A stretch of DNA of 53,024 bases from NCBI GenBank assembly GCA_000320545.1, contig ADNK01000951.1:1-53024 (forward strand), in the 5' to 3' direction. The notes under the pieces were generated by a model, which had not been told where the DNA came from, ran no database searches, and saw only the letters and a program-made list of their open reading frames with translations. Position 1 is the stretch's first letter, and every line of letters begins with the position of its first letter. A program made the translations under genes and the position numbers. This DNA is from Bigelowiella natans CCMP2755 (taxonomy: Eukaryota; Protista; Cercozoa). This document shows, piece by piece, positions 51,304-53,024 of this stretch.

Positions 51304-52226
51304 ATGAGGAAATCCCGCCGCTACCTCCAGCCAATTTCCACTAGGCCTCCCAACAATGAAGAAAAACTACAGTATGAATCCATCGTCCTCACGCTACTAT
51401 ATGATAACTAATAACAATTTTTTTGGCCACGAAAAAGGTCTAAAATGTTGCGACAGGCGATGCAAGAATGTGCTATTTACGAGACCGAGGAGTCGCAGAA
51501 GGCGAGGGACAAGGTTCCTCGCAACTAAACTTTTGGATTGGAATCATCTATGCCTACCATGCTCCATGTACTCAATACTATTCCTCGTGTCGCCGCCCAT
51601 TGTTGTACATCACAGGCCATCGCTACCCTCCGAAGTGTGGTCCGATCATGGGCGAAAAAGGTCACACATTCTCACGTCGATAAATCCCAATGGCTCCCTT
51701 GCCGATAGAGAGCTAAGGAAATACGCAATTTATTTCCTCCGCAAATAATAACCAAGCCACTCGCCAGGTTGGAAGCGGGAAGGAGGCTGACAGTTGCGCT
51801 AGGGTGGAGCTCTACGGATCTTGCAGACTGGGCGTTCAGGCATGCATCACAGATTATTGAATCATTGTAGTTGTTCTTTATAGCATGAATGACTCTCAAC
51901 GCAAGTATGCGTCCTACTGTGTGTGTTGTCCTTTTCCACATCCTCTAGTCTCCGGAATCAGATATTGACGCTGTAGTGATCGCACAGAGTCGCATAAGGT
52001 GGTTGTGGTGTAGTGGTCGCAGCACTGTGGAGTGTTCCCTCCCTACCACACAAAGAGCCTCTATACCTCGTTTGATGATAAATTGTCATCCATTTGTTAC
52101 AGGCATGGTGCGTTCTTTGGCGGACTACAAGCCATGCTGCGTGAATGCAAAGAAATCAGAAATTTCGTGGTAGTTACCGAAATACGCACTCACACACATA
52201 CACACATAAGACACACAGAATGTATG

Positions 52227-52263
<37 letters not shown>

Positions 52264-53024
52264 TATAAAATATATACGTTCTGATTGACCAACCGTCTTC
52301 TGACAATCTGTTGTAATAAAGGCTCTGCCGAACACGTTTGCCCCGATAATGAAGATGACGATTCATGGTATCGATGTGGACGTTTCATTAGCTTCCCTCC
52401 CCATCCACCAGCTACCCGCGCATTGGGTACGACGGACACAACCTTCCTATAGAGTTTGTTTGTGTGTGTATGAACGAGGATCATGATAACGATGATGATG
52501 ATGCAGACGGTGGGATAATAATAATTTTCGAGTCCGCACGTGAGCTAGCGAGGACAGAGAGATGATATTCTTCCCCCACCCCCCCCCCCCCCCCAGGGGG
52601 ACTGAAAAAAAAGGACCCTTCTTGATCGGACTATTTTTTTGGGGGAAATATCATCTGCCCCAATTACAAGAACCCTTTGAATCCCAGGGGGATTACCTGC
52701 CCAACATTTAACCTAAATCTCTTCTCCCGCTTGGGGGAATTAGGTTGGGGTCCAGGAAATGGGGAGGGGGGGGGGGGGTTGTCTGTCTCTTTCTCAGGGC
52801 CGCACCCTTTCCATTTGGAGCTCACTTCTAGATCCCCGTGATTTCTTTGCGGAATTCAAACACTTCCTCATGGTAACGATGAAGCTGATAGTAGGATGAA
52901 GTCATGACGGAATAGGAAGGGGGAAAGGGGGGGGGGGTCTGGATGGTGATGATGATGATATATCATTATCATCATGAAAGCGAGAGAGGAAGCATGGGGC
53001 ATAGTCCTGAATATAGATATAGTC
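51304..53024 (+). CDS. PAP1: Poly(A) polymerase of the canonical PAP family, 5' part; runs off the window
   Basis: PISTRPPNNEE, AIYETEESQKAR, AIATLRSVVRSW, VELYGSCRLGVQ|SPESDIDAVVIA (GS-x10-DxD), FFGGLQAML, FAPIMKMTIHGIDVDVSLASL (third Asp). Later exons fall in low-quality sequence. Confidence 0.88.

Noticed and set aside
52575-52800. Stops and frameshifts in later PAP exons
   Set aside because: Same low-quality signature between poly(C) and poly(G) runs; cannot be interpreted.

Overview
Intron-dense eukaryotic nuclear DNA with microsatellite-filled introns. The style (many short exons, a bipartite-like leader on one protein) suggests a protist such as a chlorarachniophyte, but that is inference only. 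By stitching exons by hand I can support about 15 protein-coding genes: the 3' end of a FERM-domain protein (+), a myristoylated C2 plus histidine-phosphatase protein (-), an NHL-repeat protein with a signal/transit-like leader (+), a putative zinc-finger transcription factor (-), ABHD13/Bem46 (-), three hypothetical proteins, ICMT/Ste14 (+), an IQCE-like coiled-coil protein (-), a KHDC4/BLOM7-like KH protein (+), a Crinkler-type NTPase plus PD-(D/E)xK nuclease gene split by a -1 frameshift at an in-frame A_AAA_AAC (-), an intronless choline-monooxygenase-like Rieske oxygenase (-), a ~33-exon PKG-like kinase (+) and the 5' part of a poly(A) polymerase (+). The most striking large-scale pattern is six head-to-head gene pairs. 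They are separated by 0.5-1.2 kb spacers rich in short palindromes (GCTAGC, TGCA, CATG, CACGTG). Two spacers share an ~80 bp conserved element, a third has part of it, and three look TpA-depleted. I saw no rRNA, tRNA, CRISPR array or intact transposase. Exon boundaries are manual predictions. Two stretches after poly(C) runs look like low-quality sequence.
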